The notes beneath the pieces were generated by a model that ran no database searches, was not told the DNA's origin, and saw only the letters and a list, made by a program, of their open reading frames with translations. Position numbers and translations under genes: made by a program. A stretch of DNA of 64,000 nucleotides from an uncultured Planctomycetales bacterium (lineage in GTDB: Bacteria; Omnitrophota; Gorgyraeia; Zapsychrales; Fredricksoniimonadaceae), in assembly GCA_964572155.1 (NCBI GenBank), contig CAZNDZ010000001.1, forward strand, positions 207,300 to 271,299, given 5' to 3'. This document shows positions 1 through 15,000 of the stretch, in pieces. Position 1 is the stretch's first letter. Every line of letters starts with the position of its first letter.

Positions 1-3000
1 GTTTTTCCGCTGAATTTTCCCCATTTTCTGAAGCGGGAGTACCAGCTGGAACATTATTTCCTGAGACATTTAACGAATTATTGCGTACGGCGCCACTCGA
101 CAAAGTACTGGACGAAACACCTTTAGAACCTCTAGAAACAGTGCTTAACACACTATCCCCAGCAGGCTCTTTGGATAGACCTCGAGCGCTTACACCTTCG
201 GCAGTCGCTGTAGATACAGCTCTTGCACTTAGGCTAGATGCAGAACTTCCTATATAAACTACACCATCTTGTTTGGTACCTGCGGCATTGACCGAAGTCA
301 ATCCTGTCTGAGCTTGTGTTAATGCTGCCACCATAATGTCCTTGGACATTACAGCTCTTGCTTCTGCTACGATGCTACCAGTTTGGACATTAAACGCTGG
401 CATTTCTGCCGCGCTTGCATCTCTTATAAACAATGCTGCAACTACTGTACCTACTACGCGTGCTGCATTTGCTACTTTACTGACTACTCTACTTCTGATG
501 CTGGTGGACGTAGCTTGCGCTAAGCCACTTTCTGCTGTTTTCACAGAAACTACTGTTTTTGCTGCAACTGCTTGTACTGCATTCGCTTGTAAGTTTTCCC
601 CGTTTACTGCAACGTGTGCCGAAGCGATTGAGGAAATCGCTGGCACAGAGCTACGACCCGGGTCATGGCCTTTATCTGTTTTTACTAAAGTATCCCAATT
701 ATGTCTTCCTTCTAAATCTGCTCGCGTAATGATGCGATATGTGGTTTCCCCATAGGCGTTCGTGCCTAGGCCAAATACCATTGGCGGGCTGCCAAATCCT
801 GAGCCAGCGGCTGGTATTGGGACGGTTAAAGGCGTTACAGGTGTCACAGGCGCGGCTGTTGGTGCTACAGGCATGGTGGTGCTGGTATTGGTTGTGCCTG
901 TAGTAGCAGCTTGTGTTGCTGGTGCTGCGGTTGTGGCCGTGACACTGGGTTGTGCATTTGTTGGCTGATATGTAAGTCCAAGCGGCGCTGCTGGGCCAGT
1001 TAAGGCTCTTGGAGTTGCAGAAACAGTTTGGGTTCTTGGCGTTGCCGTTTGTGTTGTTGAAGCAAAGGCTTCTCCTGATGCTCTATGTTGGCTTTCTGGA
1101 GTTGCATTAACTGGTGTTACCGATGGCATTGCTCCTGTGCTAGCCATTGGTGCAGCAGCGGCAGGGCCGACTGGTGTTGGCATGCTTGGTGCCACAGGGC
1201 TTGCTGGAGCTGTTGGCGTGCTGACGGGTGTGCCAACTGGACCTGGTAAAATTGGTGTCTTTAAAAATGCTGGTGTGCCACCGGTACTGTCATCGTCGCT
1301 GTTCGTGTTATTGCTATTGGGCGACGCAGCTTTTTCCTCATCGCTTGGTGCTTTTAAGGATGTACGCAATTCATTGAGCTTGGTTAAGATAACCTTGGCG
1401 ACGGTGAGTAAGAGTGTTGATTCTTTCTCACTTAATTGTTGGATGGAAGCTTGTGTCAAAATGCTTGTGACTAAGCTTTGTATGCCTAACGCGTCTAGTG
1501 CATCCACTGGGCTTACAGCGCCATTGCTGCCGGCGACGATGGCCTTCAGATCTTCTGGTGTTAAATTATTGATCGCGGCTACAGCAACGCTGAATGCTTT
1601 CTCAGATTTCTTTACGTATTGTTGGAAATTGCCTTCTCTATATATGGCTTGCGCATCTTGCCACTTTTGGCCAGCGGAATAGAGCGGTTGTAAGGCGCGG
1701 ACGATATTGTTTTTGCCTTGGGCCTTGGCGGCATTGTAAATGGCCATGACGTTTGGCATGATGTCGCTGGTCTTAACGGTTACATCCGATGTTTCAAGGC
1801 CAATGGTGTTTAAGAACGCGATGACTTGTTCTTTAGCAGCATTCGCAGCTTGTACGTCGACGGATGGGCGTTCATTGTAGTTTGCAATATTTGTTGGCAA
1901 GATGCCGCTAATCAAGCGGGCAGCTTCATTGAACTTATCACCGTAGGCGGTCAATTTATTTAAGCCTTGTGGTGTGCCTTGTAAATCTTGGTCTGCTGGG
2001 ACAACTAAAGCTCTGCGGCTTGCAATCTCACCGTCGTAAGCTTTGATCACGGCGATCAAGTCGCTATTAGTGCCTTGCTTATCGTCTAAGATAGCAATGG
2101 CATCTTGCCTCATACGTTCAGCTGCTTCGATGCTCGCTTCATGCGCACGCCTGAACCATTCTGCAGCGCTTAAGTAAACTTTCAATAATTCCTGCATGGT
2201 GTTGCCATACCAGCCGGCGGATTCTTTAAAGAAGATTGGCGCTAATAATTCTTTTTGCGCTGGTGTTGCGATCTTCATCCACTCATTGATGGCTTTAGTG
2301 GAGTTTTCGTTTCTAAAGAAGGTCAGGATCGCATGCTTATATGAATTGGAACGTTGCAATAATTGGCGATATTCCGTAACAGCCTTTAAGCGTTCGATGT
2401 CGTCGCTGGAACCCGCTAAAGCTTTCACATTGCCAAGATCTGTCAACAAGCTTGCAGGAATACCTGACAAACCTTCGATGTTGGCGATTTCTTTTAAGAT
2501 GTACTCTAAGGAACGACCCACTTCTTGGGCGTCATAGAGAATATATTTATTACCCGTGTCATTGGCGTTACGAATGTTACGGTTGACGCCGTGGGTTAAA
2601 TCTGTTGTTGGCCAGCGTTGGGCATTGACGACGACGACGTCTAAATTACCCTTGAAACTAAATTGTTTAGCGAACATTGGCAGGGCTACATAAACAACGC
2701 CTGCTTGTGTGCCTTCGACAGCTTCGGTGACTAAATCTTTATTGGTGCCATCTAAGTAAACAGCTTTGAGACCATTGCTACCTAAATATGCAGTTAAGTC
2801 TTCGCCGGCTTTAGGACCATCGACTAAAGCTAATAAACGTGTTGAACTGTTTTGGCCTTGTTGAATTTGCCCTGCCAATTCCTTGACCTTAGCAAATTGT
2901 TCGCTCTCTGGAACGGCGATTGGCTCGACGTGTTTAATATGATCTGCCACTTGTTCAAAGACATTGCTTTCTTGGCCGATCCTGACAATTTCACCAACAC

Positions 3001-6000
3001 CCGTCTTGACTTGCAATAACGCTTCTGCGCCAGACAAGGTTGCTGATACGCCTGTCACATTGCCTTCGAAAATTTCCATGACTGGGTTTTCATCGGTCAC
3101 GTGAGATGTAACGACGATGTCTTCGGCCTTTAATTGATCTTCTGGATGTGCGGCATTGTATTTTAATGTTTGGACAATTTGATATGGCAATTGGCCAAAG
3201 ATTTGATCGAACAATGGACGGCCGGTTCTGTCATTTGGAACCAATTGGCGCTTGCCTTGTGAGTTTGTGCCCACGGTTAAACGCTGACCGATATTTTCAA
3301 CCAACCCACGCAAGATGCTTTCAACCAAATGACGATCGCTCTTGGCAAACTTCTTATATAAAGCTTCACTGACTAAGAAATCATTCTCGCCGGTTAAGCT
3401 GTTTGGAACCAATTGTTGATTGTTCCAAACCATTTCTTCTTTATGATCTAAGCCTTCCTTTGTTGGGGCGAACTTAAATTGCACTTCGCCGTTCTTCAAT
3501 AAAGCCGCATAGATCTTTTTAACTTGGACATACAAATCTTTTAAGACAACATTGTCCCCAACGCTTTCTGGCGCGGAACGGATGAACGTGGTTTCAAGCA
3601 AGATAACGTCGTCGATTTCATCAACGATCGTGACGCCAGCTTGTTTAATGTTATTGATACCTGCTAAAACTTCTGGGTTATCCTTAAATTGATTTGGCAA
3701 ATGGCCGCGTGGCGTTAATGAGATAAGCTTTAACGTGTCATTGTCATTTAAGGCATTGGCGACATCGTCTTCTCTGGCCTTGATTTGATCTTTGATCTTA
3801 TCTAAGGCTGTGCCCTTTGGATGTTGTTCATTTTGACTTGCTTGGTGCGCCTTGATCAAGGCGTCCATATTGGCTAACTTGAAGTCTTTACCGATGCGTT
3901 GTCCGACTTGTTCGGCCAAGGCTTGGAAGGTGATGCTGCCTTGAGGCACAATTGGTTCTTGGAAGAACTTGGTTAAATCGTTTTCTTCACGCACTAAGAT
4001 TAACGCTGGGGCGCCTGCGGCCATATAGCTTAAGGCGGCCATGAACTTAGATAATGATTTACCTTGCGCGTTTGGTGCGATCGCGATGTTCATCTTCACA
4101 AGCTCGCGGGCAATCTTGACTTGGGCTTTAAATTTATCCGCATCGAAATTGCTTTCGGCACCTAAGATACTTTCAACCGTATCAACAACTTGATCAAAGG
4201 CAACTAAAACAGCCTTGGTGTCGACAGACATTGCATGATCGCCCATGTTGAAGTTGTTGCGGCCGTTGGTCTTGATGACATACATGCGGGCATCAGCAAC
4301 CTTGATATGTTGTTCTAAAATCAAATTGCTTTCAGATAATGAGACATGTGTTCTGGCATTTTCTTGCTTATCAATGCTGCTAGTACCAGCGCTGATGGTG
4401 ATCATCCAACGATTTAACTTATATTGGCCATTGTTGACAGCGTCTAAAGCTTCACCAAGGTTAGCAAATTGTTGCTTCAAATCTTTCAACGCGACGGCAT
4501 TTTGTAAATGGATTTGATAGATCAACGCTTCATATGGCTTTGATGTGTCGTTACGATCTTGCTTACTCAACGCGTTTACGATATTTCTCTTATTTGATAA
4601 TTCAGGAACCGTGACATTGTCAGCGATGTGCTTGAGCAAACGGGTCATGAACGCTCTTGCATCTTCTGTATCGATGTTTGGCAAGACAATGACAAATTCT
4701 TCGCCGCCATAGCGTGCGACAACGTCGCTGGTGCGGGTGCGGTATTGTAAGGCTTGGGCTACGGCTTTTAAGACATTGTCGCCTGTGCCATGACCAAAGA
4801 CGTCGTTGACAGCCTTGAAATTATCCACATCAACACCGACGATCACATCGCGTTCATTGCCTGCGTTACGCACTTGGGCATTGATGATACGATTGAATGC
4901 TTTTTGTAAACCACCGCGATTAGTCAAGCCCGTTAAATTGTCTCGGAAGTTTTGATTGTCTGCTTGAGCTTCATACAAAGCCTTTGCCGTAATCACGTTG
5001 CCTGGCACGCCAGTGATTTCATATAACGTTTCTACGTCTTGTTCGCTTAAATGTTCAATGCTTTGTTTTTCTGGTGTTAAGAAAATGTATTGTCCTGGGT
5101 TTCCAGATGCTTTGATCATACGAATATCTTCAGCGCTAATGACTTCTTCAATGACTTTATCCTTATAGTAGGATGACAGCATTGGGTAGTTGGCAATGGC
5201 TTCTTTAATCAAGCGCTTCTCGCTGCCCGTGCTATAAGCTAAAACAGCCGTGATATTGTTGTCCTTGGCATAGGTCAATGTATCTGTCACAAGCTTGCCG
5301 ATCATCGCTGAATCAGCGTCGCTGACAATGCGACCTTCTTGGTTCATGGCAGTCTTTGTAACACTCATCGCTTCAGAAAGATTTAAGATGACAGGTGCTG
5401 TTGGTGGCATAACATTTGGAGCTGGCATCATTGGTGTTTCAGGAACGATGGCAGGCTCGCCGTTACCAAAATCATCGCCGAAGCTGTTTGGTGTATCTTG
5501 TTGTTGATCCATCACAGGCACTTGATATTGATCATCACTTGTCGCGGCTTCTGGCATGGTGATTTCTTGAGCGACAGGTTGTGCCACCTTGATCGCTGCT
5601 GGCTTAGCACGTTCGATCATCAATAAGCTCTTCACATCAGCAAAGCCCTTACCTTCGTTTAAGGCAGCGACAATTTCTTGGGCTTCAGGTTGAGCAATCT
5701 TCCAGCGCATGAACCATTGAATGGATGCTTGTGTGGCTTCCGCTTTTTCAGCTGCGTTCATTGCAGCATCCATACGTTCTAAATGTAAGGCCCTGTAAGC
5801 ATTAAATGTTTGGGCATCGACCGCTAAGATTGAATTCTCAGATGCTTGTTTCGTTGTGCTTTCAAAACCAAGTTGTGCAACAACCGCTTGCACAATTGCT
5901 TCGGTTTGATTGGCAATGTCTGCTGGCATTTCTTTAACATCTTCGGAATCATTATCGCCAATTAAGACAACCCCGATGATTTGTTCTAAGACACGTTGAC

Positions 6001-9000
6001 GATCGGTATATTGTAATTTTTCTAAGCCCTTACCCATCGCAACCAACGATGCGACAATCGCTTGCTTATTATTCCAAGCCAATGGCGCAAATTGTTCTCT
6101 TAAATACGTTCTTAATTCAAACAAAGCCGTAAAATCAACATCTTGAGCAAAGTTATCTGCTTCGGTGAAATCTTTACCGAATAACTTCAAGGTGCGGTGA
6201 TTGTAAAATTCTTGAACCTTCATCGCCGCATCGGTCATCTTACCTAACTTGTATTCAACCCATGTCTTATCATCCGCCCATTTATCCGTGATACCACCTG
6301 ACGAGGTAACGACGGAAGAACCGACTTGGGCTTTTTCTTTGCGGACTGGTTGAGCGCGATTATTGTGGCGATCTAAGTTTGCTTGTGCGCGATCGAAAGT
6401 TGCTAAGACACGTGCGATAGATGCATTGTCTAAAATTTGAGCACGAACTTGTTCTCTTACCGTTTTAGCTGTTTGTGCAAAATCAGGACCAATTTTCATC
6501 AAAAGATTAAAATAGCTCTTATCCGAGATTGTAGGATCAGCTCTCTTAACTTCTGCACGTAAATTCTTAAATTCACGAGGAGCAATTTGTGCGTAATCTT
6601 TTTGTGGAGCTGCTTGCTTTTCTGATCGCAATCTAACGGATTCTGCTAATAATGTGTCGTTGTGAACGCTAGCTGCTTTTCTAGCTACGTTGACAATTGC
6701 AGGAAGAGTTTCAAGCGCGTGCTTCTTTGCATTTTCCATTAAGCTACCAAAGACCGGAGCTAATTGCGCTGGCTTAACTTTCCAGACATTGACATTAGGT
6801 TGAATTGTTCCCTTAAGAATATTTTCAAGTGATGCATTGATTTGTGCATTCTTGGTGAAGTTATATGCATCTACCACGACGATAGGTTGATTTCTAGCAT
6901 CTAAGGTAACCTTATAGTCAATGCTTTGAACACCAGCTTGGCTTTCTTCGCTAGATTCTGGCACAACGTAATTAGCTTCATATTGATTGGTCTTAGGAAC
7001 ATAGACTACATCAACGGCTTTATCATTGAACTTTAACTGCGTAATAGTCGTTTGGTTTAATTCCGCATATGGCGTTAACAATGGCATGATGTTGGCAATA
7101 TTGTTTGATCTAGCGCTTCTAATTTGCTCAACAATGATGTTTAATCTGCTGCTATCGTTGATGCCCATATTTCTAAAGATAACCTTTAACTTATCTAAGG
7201 ATGTGCTTCTTAAAACTTTTTCATCAATACCTTTGATGGTCACAACTTCTGGCATGATCATGGCTTGGTCAACGTTTAGTTTAGCTAAAGTCTTACCAAT
7301 GACTTCTTGATCAATTCCTTCTGCAGACTTGAGAACCTTATATAGTGACGCTAATTGTTCTGGCGTGAAGACTAAATTACCGGACACCTTGTTAAACATC
7401 TTACGATTCTTGACCACTATAGGATGATTTGTGTCTAACTTATAAGCAACAGGCTTAACATCGCCTGAGGTTGTGATTTCATAGGTTACTTTTTGAATAC
7501 CGGCTTTTCCTTCATCACCATCAACCGGCACATTATGTTCCGCAAAGTATGCTTTTTTGTTTACATCAAATGTTGCTGCTTCAACAACTCCATCTAATGT
7601 CACGCTCTTAATAAAATCATTGTTTTCTAAAGCAGGATATCCAGCCAAAACCGTACTAATAGCTTCTGGGCCCTTAGTGCGCACATTTTGAATTTGTTCG
7701 AAAATGTTATTTGCAATCCATAAATCCAAACCAGTTGCTAATATAGCCCTCTCTAATTGCTTTGGTGTGGCATTCTTAATGAATGCTACGTTAGTTACTT
7801 TTTCTCTATTAATTTCAGGAGCCATTGCTGAATCAACGTTCGCTTTTGGAGCCTTGAATGCATTGCTGATGATGCCGGCAAAAGTGACACGTTTTGTTTC
7901 CGAAATATCTGGCTTGACCGTAGCAGCATCTTCGATGCCTAATAAATTCTTCAACGCAGCCATGGCTTGGTTGGCGGTGGATTGTTCTGTATATGCTGGC
8001 AATGTAGTGACTAAAGCTCTGAATATTTCTTTACGTCGTTTTTCTGTGGCAGACTTAAATTCATTGTTAGTTTTTAATGAATCGGTCAGTTGTTTAATAG
8101 CCTTAACATTGGCCGTTAATTCGTCTTGATCAGAAATAATTCTTGCTACCTTTAATGTTAACGGAATAGCTATTTTGCTATCGATATCTGTGTCTGAGTA
8201 GACAACGCTGTTAGCGAAGATTTCTTGGCTTGCTTCTATTAATACAGCTTTAAGTAAGCTTGGGCGAGCGGCTAATTCAGAGAGAACTAATTTATTAAAT
8301 GCTTTTGTATTTTCTTTTGTTGGGTTACTGCGGGTTGCATCCCATAAATCCATCACTTCGTCTCTTTGACGAATTTCCTTGATGTGCTGTGTGATGATTT
8401 GCTTTTCATCATTCGAAAATTTCTTGCCCGTCATCATTTGTAACTTTTCAATGATGCCTTCTTCACGATATGTTACAAACACATTGTCTTTAGCAAATTG
8501 TTCGATTAATTTCTGATCGTTTAAGAGTTGTGCTGCCCATTTCTGGATGCCATTTTTTACTCTTAATTCAACAAGGGCTGGGAAGCTTGCTTCTGCTTTA
8601 AGTCTTTCAACAGGATTATTTATACCTGAAACCACTTTGATGGCTTTTTCAATCGCTTGACGATCATTTTCATTAACCTTCAAGATGGCTGGTACTGATG
8701 TTTGATCAATTACCTTGATTTCTGGTTTAAGTGCTCTTAAATCATTCATCGCTGTTTGCGCGAAGATCTTGCTGATTTCTTTGAGATCCTTTGTTGGAAC
8801 TTTTTCAACTAAATGCAACGAGGTCTTCATTGCGATTAATTCTTTGATTTCGTCTTTCTTATTTGTTGCCTTAAGCGCAGCGATCACTTGATCGTCTGTT
8901 GCTTTTGGCATAACACCTAATTTAATGCGAATATCAACATCATCGATAATTGCTTTATAAATACCCGTATCTTTTGCCAATGTTAAATATCGACCCAACA

Positions 9001-12000
9001 TATCTTTTTGTGCCTTAGCCGCGGCATTATGTTCTGCCAATGTCTTTGGTTGATTTGGCGTTGTATCTTCAAAGTTTGGTTTTGTATCAGCGAACTTAGG
9101 TTCAGTTGTCGTACGTTCTTTTGGTTCTTGCTTGTTGCGTACTCTGGCTGTCCATGCAGTAACAGCTAACATTAAACCTGCAACGGCGAGGGTAATAGGC
9201 AATGTGTGTTCTTTAATTGCAGCACCGATCTTGGCACGAACTGATTGGCTGCGTTCTTTAATTTCCGCTGCTCTGTCTAAAATACGTTGGCTTGCTTCTT
9301 TAGTAGCTAATAATGTTTTATCGCCTTGCTCGATGACTCCCTTAGATGATTCTTTGATTGCCTGAGCAACAGCTTCTGTTTTCTCAATAACGTTTCCAAT
9401 GAATGTTGGTTCTGGTTTAGAGATATCATACACGGCGACATTGGCATTCCCGCTTGCTGGCACAACTGCGGTTTTTCCATCTACAATTGTTTGTGAATTA
9501 CCTGCAAGACCTGCCGCCAAAGCAATAGCGCCGATCTGCAAGATTCTTTGTGTTCTGTTTTTATCGTCTGTACCAGGCTTTACAGCTGGTTGTTTAGCAT
9601 CAGCCATCATTTGAGCTTGAGGCTTTTCAACTTCAATCTTTTGACCTAATTTTTCTTCTAGAGCAGCAATGACCGCTTGTTTGCCTTCTTCTGTAATGGC
9701 ATTGCGATACAAGTTCAATCTGGTTCTATAGAACAGCTGATCTTTTTTATCTGGAGCGCTAACGCTTAAAACTTCAACATCATTTAATGTTAATGGACCT
9801 TGTGTTGTCGTTGCTTCAAGTTGAGCAGGGACTGTTTCTGCGATGCGATCAACAACAACTGGTTTGAATCTTTCAACTACTTCAACAGGAAACCCTTTAA
9901 GTATAGCCAAGTTAGTTAAAGCTCTTGCAGCAATTTCATGACTTATACGATTACGTTCTCCGAGATTCTTGATCTTTGTTAAATTGTTATAAATTAAGTT
10001 GGCCACATTATTTTTGGTGTCTTTATCCGCAGGGATCTTGCTTGCTTCACTATAAAGCTTATCGTTGCTAAATGCGTCTGCATGTTCAACGATCGCCATC
10101 ATGATTTCTTTAGTTCCCTTATCAGCGGAATTAAATGCTGACAGTAAACCTTGAACCACATTCTCTTGAATTGGTTTTCCACCATAACCAGAAGTAATTT
10201 GAATAGCTCTTGTTTCTTGAGCCTTAGGGAGTCTAAATGCATAAATTAAACCTGCAGCATGCTCCACATCTCGTTCAGTTACCATCGCATTATCTTTTGA
10301 AGATCTTAAAGGCGTTGTTAAATCAATGTCTTCCCAAGCAGCAAAAGCTGTATTTTCTTCGGTTGGTCTTGTCTTTAAGGTATTTAATATGTTTACTGAA
10401 TTAGGTGTTTTGCCTAAGCGTACTGCAACGTTATCTAAAAATTTGATTTGCTCTTCACGATTTGGTAATCGTGCCAAATTACTTTTAATTAATTTTCCTG
10501 TCGGTAAAGCTTCAATGTCCGCAACTGTAAACGTTTGTTCTTGGATAACTTTCTCATAGATACGGGCAACCTTACCACCCAATGCTTTTTCTGCAGCTTC
10601 CGGAGAGATAGCAATTTGTCTTTTTGCATTGCGTACCGTGAATGCATCTAAGCCATTGTCCAACCCAAATTTCTCTGCCAAGAATGTTACTTGTTCCTTG
10701 AAGCTTACCTTCTCGACAAACTTAATTCTTTGTTCGCTATTTGAAGCAGGAGTATTAATATTTACAACCCCCACAGATGAAGGAACAACTGCATTAAGGA
10801 CATTTTCTTCATCATTAGAATCATTTAACACCGCCGCCATCGCAGCATTGCTGGTTTGCATGATCTTGATATTTGGATATGCCGCTTTAACAATTTTATC
10901 AAATGCCGCTGGGCTGATTTCTGTGCCGTTGACGACAATGCTTTGAATCACTGGTTGCAACGTGCCCTTAACTTCATAATTAACGGCGGTGACGCCTAAT
11001 TCTTTTTGGGTTGGGGTTGGCGCCATCTTCATGATGGTTGCTTTGACTGTTTCTTCGCTTAAGAGCGCATCGCCTGCTTTTGCTTCATATGTCTTTGGAG
11101 TAAACGCCGTCGCAGATTGTGGTTGAACTGTTGTTTGGCGGATGGCTGCAACGACGGGTTTTAGACCGGCATCTTTTTGCATCTTTTGATTTAAAGCGTT
11201 TCGCTCTACGGCATCTTGATGATTCTTAACGAAGACTTGTTCAATCTCTTTCCATTTAGCGGCGTATTCTGGTTGGATTAAAGGCAATACAGCTTGCAAT
11301 TCTTTTACAGATCTCTTGTTTTCTTGATACGCACGAACACGTTCTTGCATCGTTGCAACATCAGCTAACCATGCTGGCAATTCACGTTCTATTAATTGTG
11401 TATCATTTGGATTGTATCCTTGTAATACTAAGAAATTGCGCGCAACGTCCATTAAATTAACATCTTGATCTTTCACTGACTTGCCTTGTGCGTCTACCAT
11501 TGGAACAACAGCTTTGGCTTGCAATTCTTTAATAGATTTTTTATTAGCTGCTTCATTTTGTGGATCTACAGCTTCAAAGCTATGAATCATTTCGTGGGCA
11601 AAGACAATCTGAACATTTTTTACATCTGGATTCTCTGCATTTACATGAGCAGCGAATAACGCCGCAGGTTTTTCAACAGTCCATTTGCCATCTGTCTCTT
11701 TGATCAGACCATTGTTAACAAGCAAGCTTGTGAAATTCTTTTCTTGGCGGGTTAATTCATGATTGCCGCGTTTGGCATCATTTAAATATGCAACAACTGT
11801 CTGCGTTGTTAAGTTTTCACCAGCAAAACCAACCGTTCCTGCTAATGCTGCAGGGACGATGTCGCCAGCTTCATATTCATTGCCTTGGCCTTCTTGATGT
11901 ACTTCCGCCCTGCTAAACATCTGTCTACCGATACGGTCATCGACGATAAACCCATAAATATTATCAGCGATACGATACGCTTGAATTGCTTTAGCACCCT

Positions 12001-15000
12001 CTGCAATTTGTTTCGCTGTCGCTTCAAAAGTCTTCTTATCCTTTGGAGGATCTGTAGAGATGGCTGATATTGTTTCTGCGTCGGCTAATTCTTGAACCTT
12101 TTTCCATATATCACTTTGCTTATGTAAAGCTGCTGCATACTCTGCTTTCACGTCAGCAAACGTATCTTTCATTTCATTCTCAAGAACCTTAGGATCACCA
12201 GTGACACTCGCAATTTGACCATCTTTATCAATATTAACTGTATTGACTGTGCCATTTGTCTTAATCTTAAATGTTCTGCTGCCATCTAATTCTTCCACCA
12301 CAGGATCAACGTTATTCTTTAAAACAGCTGCAGCCATACGTAACGTTTGTGTATCTTTTTCTGTTAAACGGCTATAGCGAACATTTTCTAACAATTTCGA
12401 CATCGCTGGATCATTAATATATTTCTGAGTAACTTGAACCAGAATATCACCCAACGCAGTTTTATGTTCCATCATGCCAACTGTCTTGCGCAACATTTCT
12501 TTAGCTAGCTTTAATTGCTCTGTTCTGTCCATATCAACGACTTTTCTGTCTTGATACATCCATGGCAATTTTAATGTGAAATCATACAATGGAGCTTGCT
12601 GATTATCTAACACCTTGATTTTAGCATCCAGCAATTCGTTGGCGTGATCAACAACATCTGCTGTTTCACTATCAGCATGGATGTCAATTAAGCTATCTGT
12701 TTCTGGCTTGTCTAATGCTTGTTCGACAACTGTTAAAGCACCTGTAGCTGCTTGATAACTTGCTGCAGCAATGTTGCGACTTCTTTCAAAAACTTTTGCA
12801 GCTTCTTTAGTAAATGTATTGAAACCTTCTTCATCGCCCAATTCCTTAGCACGGTAGGCATTCTGCAATTTACCTGAACCTTCAATGATATGCGTATAGA
12901 TTTCACCAAGCGCATAACCTTGAGTATTGTAAATACCGCGATTAAGACCTTTGTTCAAATCATTATGAATATCAACACGTGATGGACCAGCAATCATAGG
13001 AGCTACTTTAGCCATACGCGCAGCACGATCGAAAATGTGAGCAATTTCGTGATCAGGAACGCCTGCTTCTGCAACTTTCCAACCCATACCTAAAACATAC
13101 AACATTGCATTTGTACCTAATGACAAGGTTTTATTATCCGCCAAACCTGCAGAATTTTTCATCTCCATGGAAGGATCAAAAGCAACGCGCATGTTTTTGT
13201 TTTGTAACAACGCTTCTACTTGTTGTTTGGCTTCTGCAATAACCGCATCTTTTTGTTCTGGTTGAGCTTCGTCAGCAAGATAGAATTGTTGTTCGGCTTG
13301 TTCTCTAAAACCATTTTCTGTAACGTTTTGACCCATCAAGGTACGTATCATGCCTGCCAAACGATTATTGACACCGTTATTGTTCTTAAATTCTAGAACT
13401 GGCATGCTGCCTTTTTTATCTGCTGGGAGCGTCTTTAGGTGTTGGACTAATTCAGCAGCATTCTTTACATTCTCTACAGGTGCGCCATCTATTGTTACGA
13501 CTGAATCAATGCCATGGCGTGCAGTAACTTCCTTAATCTTAAAAATCAATTCGGCAAGTGGTTCTGGTGCAGCATTTTCATTGCCGCTTAATACATCACG
13601 ACGCTGATTGGCATAACGCAAATCATCTTCATATGTTTTGATTTTAGCGATCATTTCTTTCGAAGCGATCTTCATGCCTTGTTGAGCCACTGTTTTAGGA
13701 TCAAAGCCCAATGTTTGTAAATTTGATTGCCAAATGTTTGTATCGGGAATAACCACATCTCCTGCGGCATCTATGGTTGCGATCTGATCAATGAACTTAA
13801 CGGCTTTTAACTTGCCTGTATCACTGTAAACCCCGCCATTCTTAATAACGTCGCCGGCTTTGAAATCTTCAAATGCTGATGTAGCCACAACCACTTCTTT
13901 ATCTTGCCATGTATTGTTTTCTGTAGAAAATTCATAACGATGTTCTGTTGGCAAGCTCACTGTGACATTCTTACCTTCATAGGACACTACTGCTTTAGTA
14001 GCGTATTTAGCTTGCACAGCAACTTTTTGACCATTTGAATCATTTGAAACACGCGCCACTGCACCGTTAATTAAAATGGCCTTAATGTCTCCGTTCTTAG
14101 CTTTTACTTCCCAAATTTGTTCGTGATTGCTGTTATTATCTTTACGTTCTAATTTATCGGTGCTTTCAAATGCGACTAAATCATTACGTAAGCTTCTTCC
14201 AGGATTCACTAAGGTTGTTTTCTCATTCTTTAATTTCTTTGTTGCTTGATCAAAGCTCCACTCACGACGAATGACTAAGTCATCGCCACCGCGTTCTTTA
14301 TCGAAGAAAACGCGTAATTTAGCAGTTGTTTCTAAACGAGCCTTATCTGCTAAGCGCATCAATTGACCTTCCATCAATACCGCTTCGACAGCGTCATTCT
14401 CTATATTGTGTAACGTTAAATATTCTTCCTTGGTTCCTTGAACACTGCCAGGAGTAGCGCGGTACGTTGTCGTGTTGACAATTTCCTTATTGGTGTCTTT
14501 TTGGGTAATCGTTACTTCAGGACCAAACTTAACACCGTGATAATTAGCGTTGTAAATGGCTTGACGTGTGATTTCAAATGTTTGATTCGTGTTCGTATCA
14601 ACAACCTGTGATGTATACTGTCCAACATAATCAGCGCCTTCAGGTTTTACTGCAATCATGACTAAACGTTTCTCTGTGGAAGCCGTATTAACATCAAAAC
14701 CTTTATCTGCATTTGTACGCAACACATCTTGTTCGGTAATAATATGACTAAACACTGGTGTGTCGCTTCTATTCCATTCTTCAAGGCTATAAACTTTACC
14801 TGTTTCTTTATCCCACACGCTATTTTCTAAAGTAACTTGGCCATAATCACCAAACGACTGATTGCTATCGAATGTGACTTTGTTGGCACCGACAACAACA
14901 TAACGGTCCGTAGTTTTTTCAGTAATAGCTACAGGATTCTTGTCGACAATGAGTGCAGTACCATCGGAGCGATGAATCAAGGCTTGATTTTCTCTAACTC

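Noticed and set aside
336-1682. Plus-strand ORFs 336..755, 762..968 and 1137..1682 with Ala/Gly/Val/Thr-rich products
   Set aside because: Antisense shadows of the PT-rich linker region of the giant gene. No SD or independent signature.
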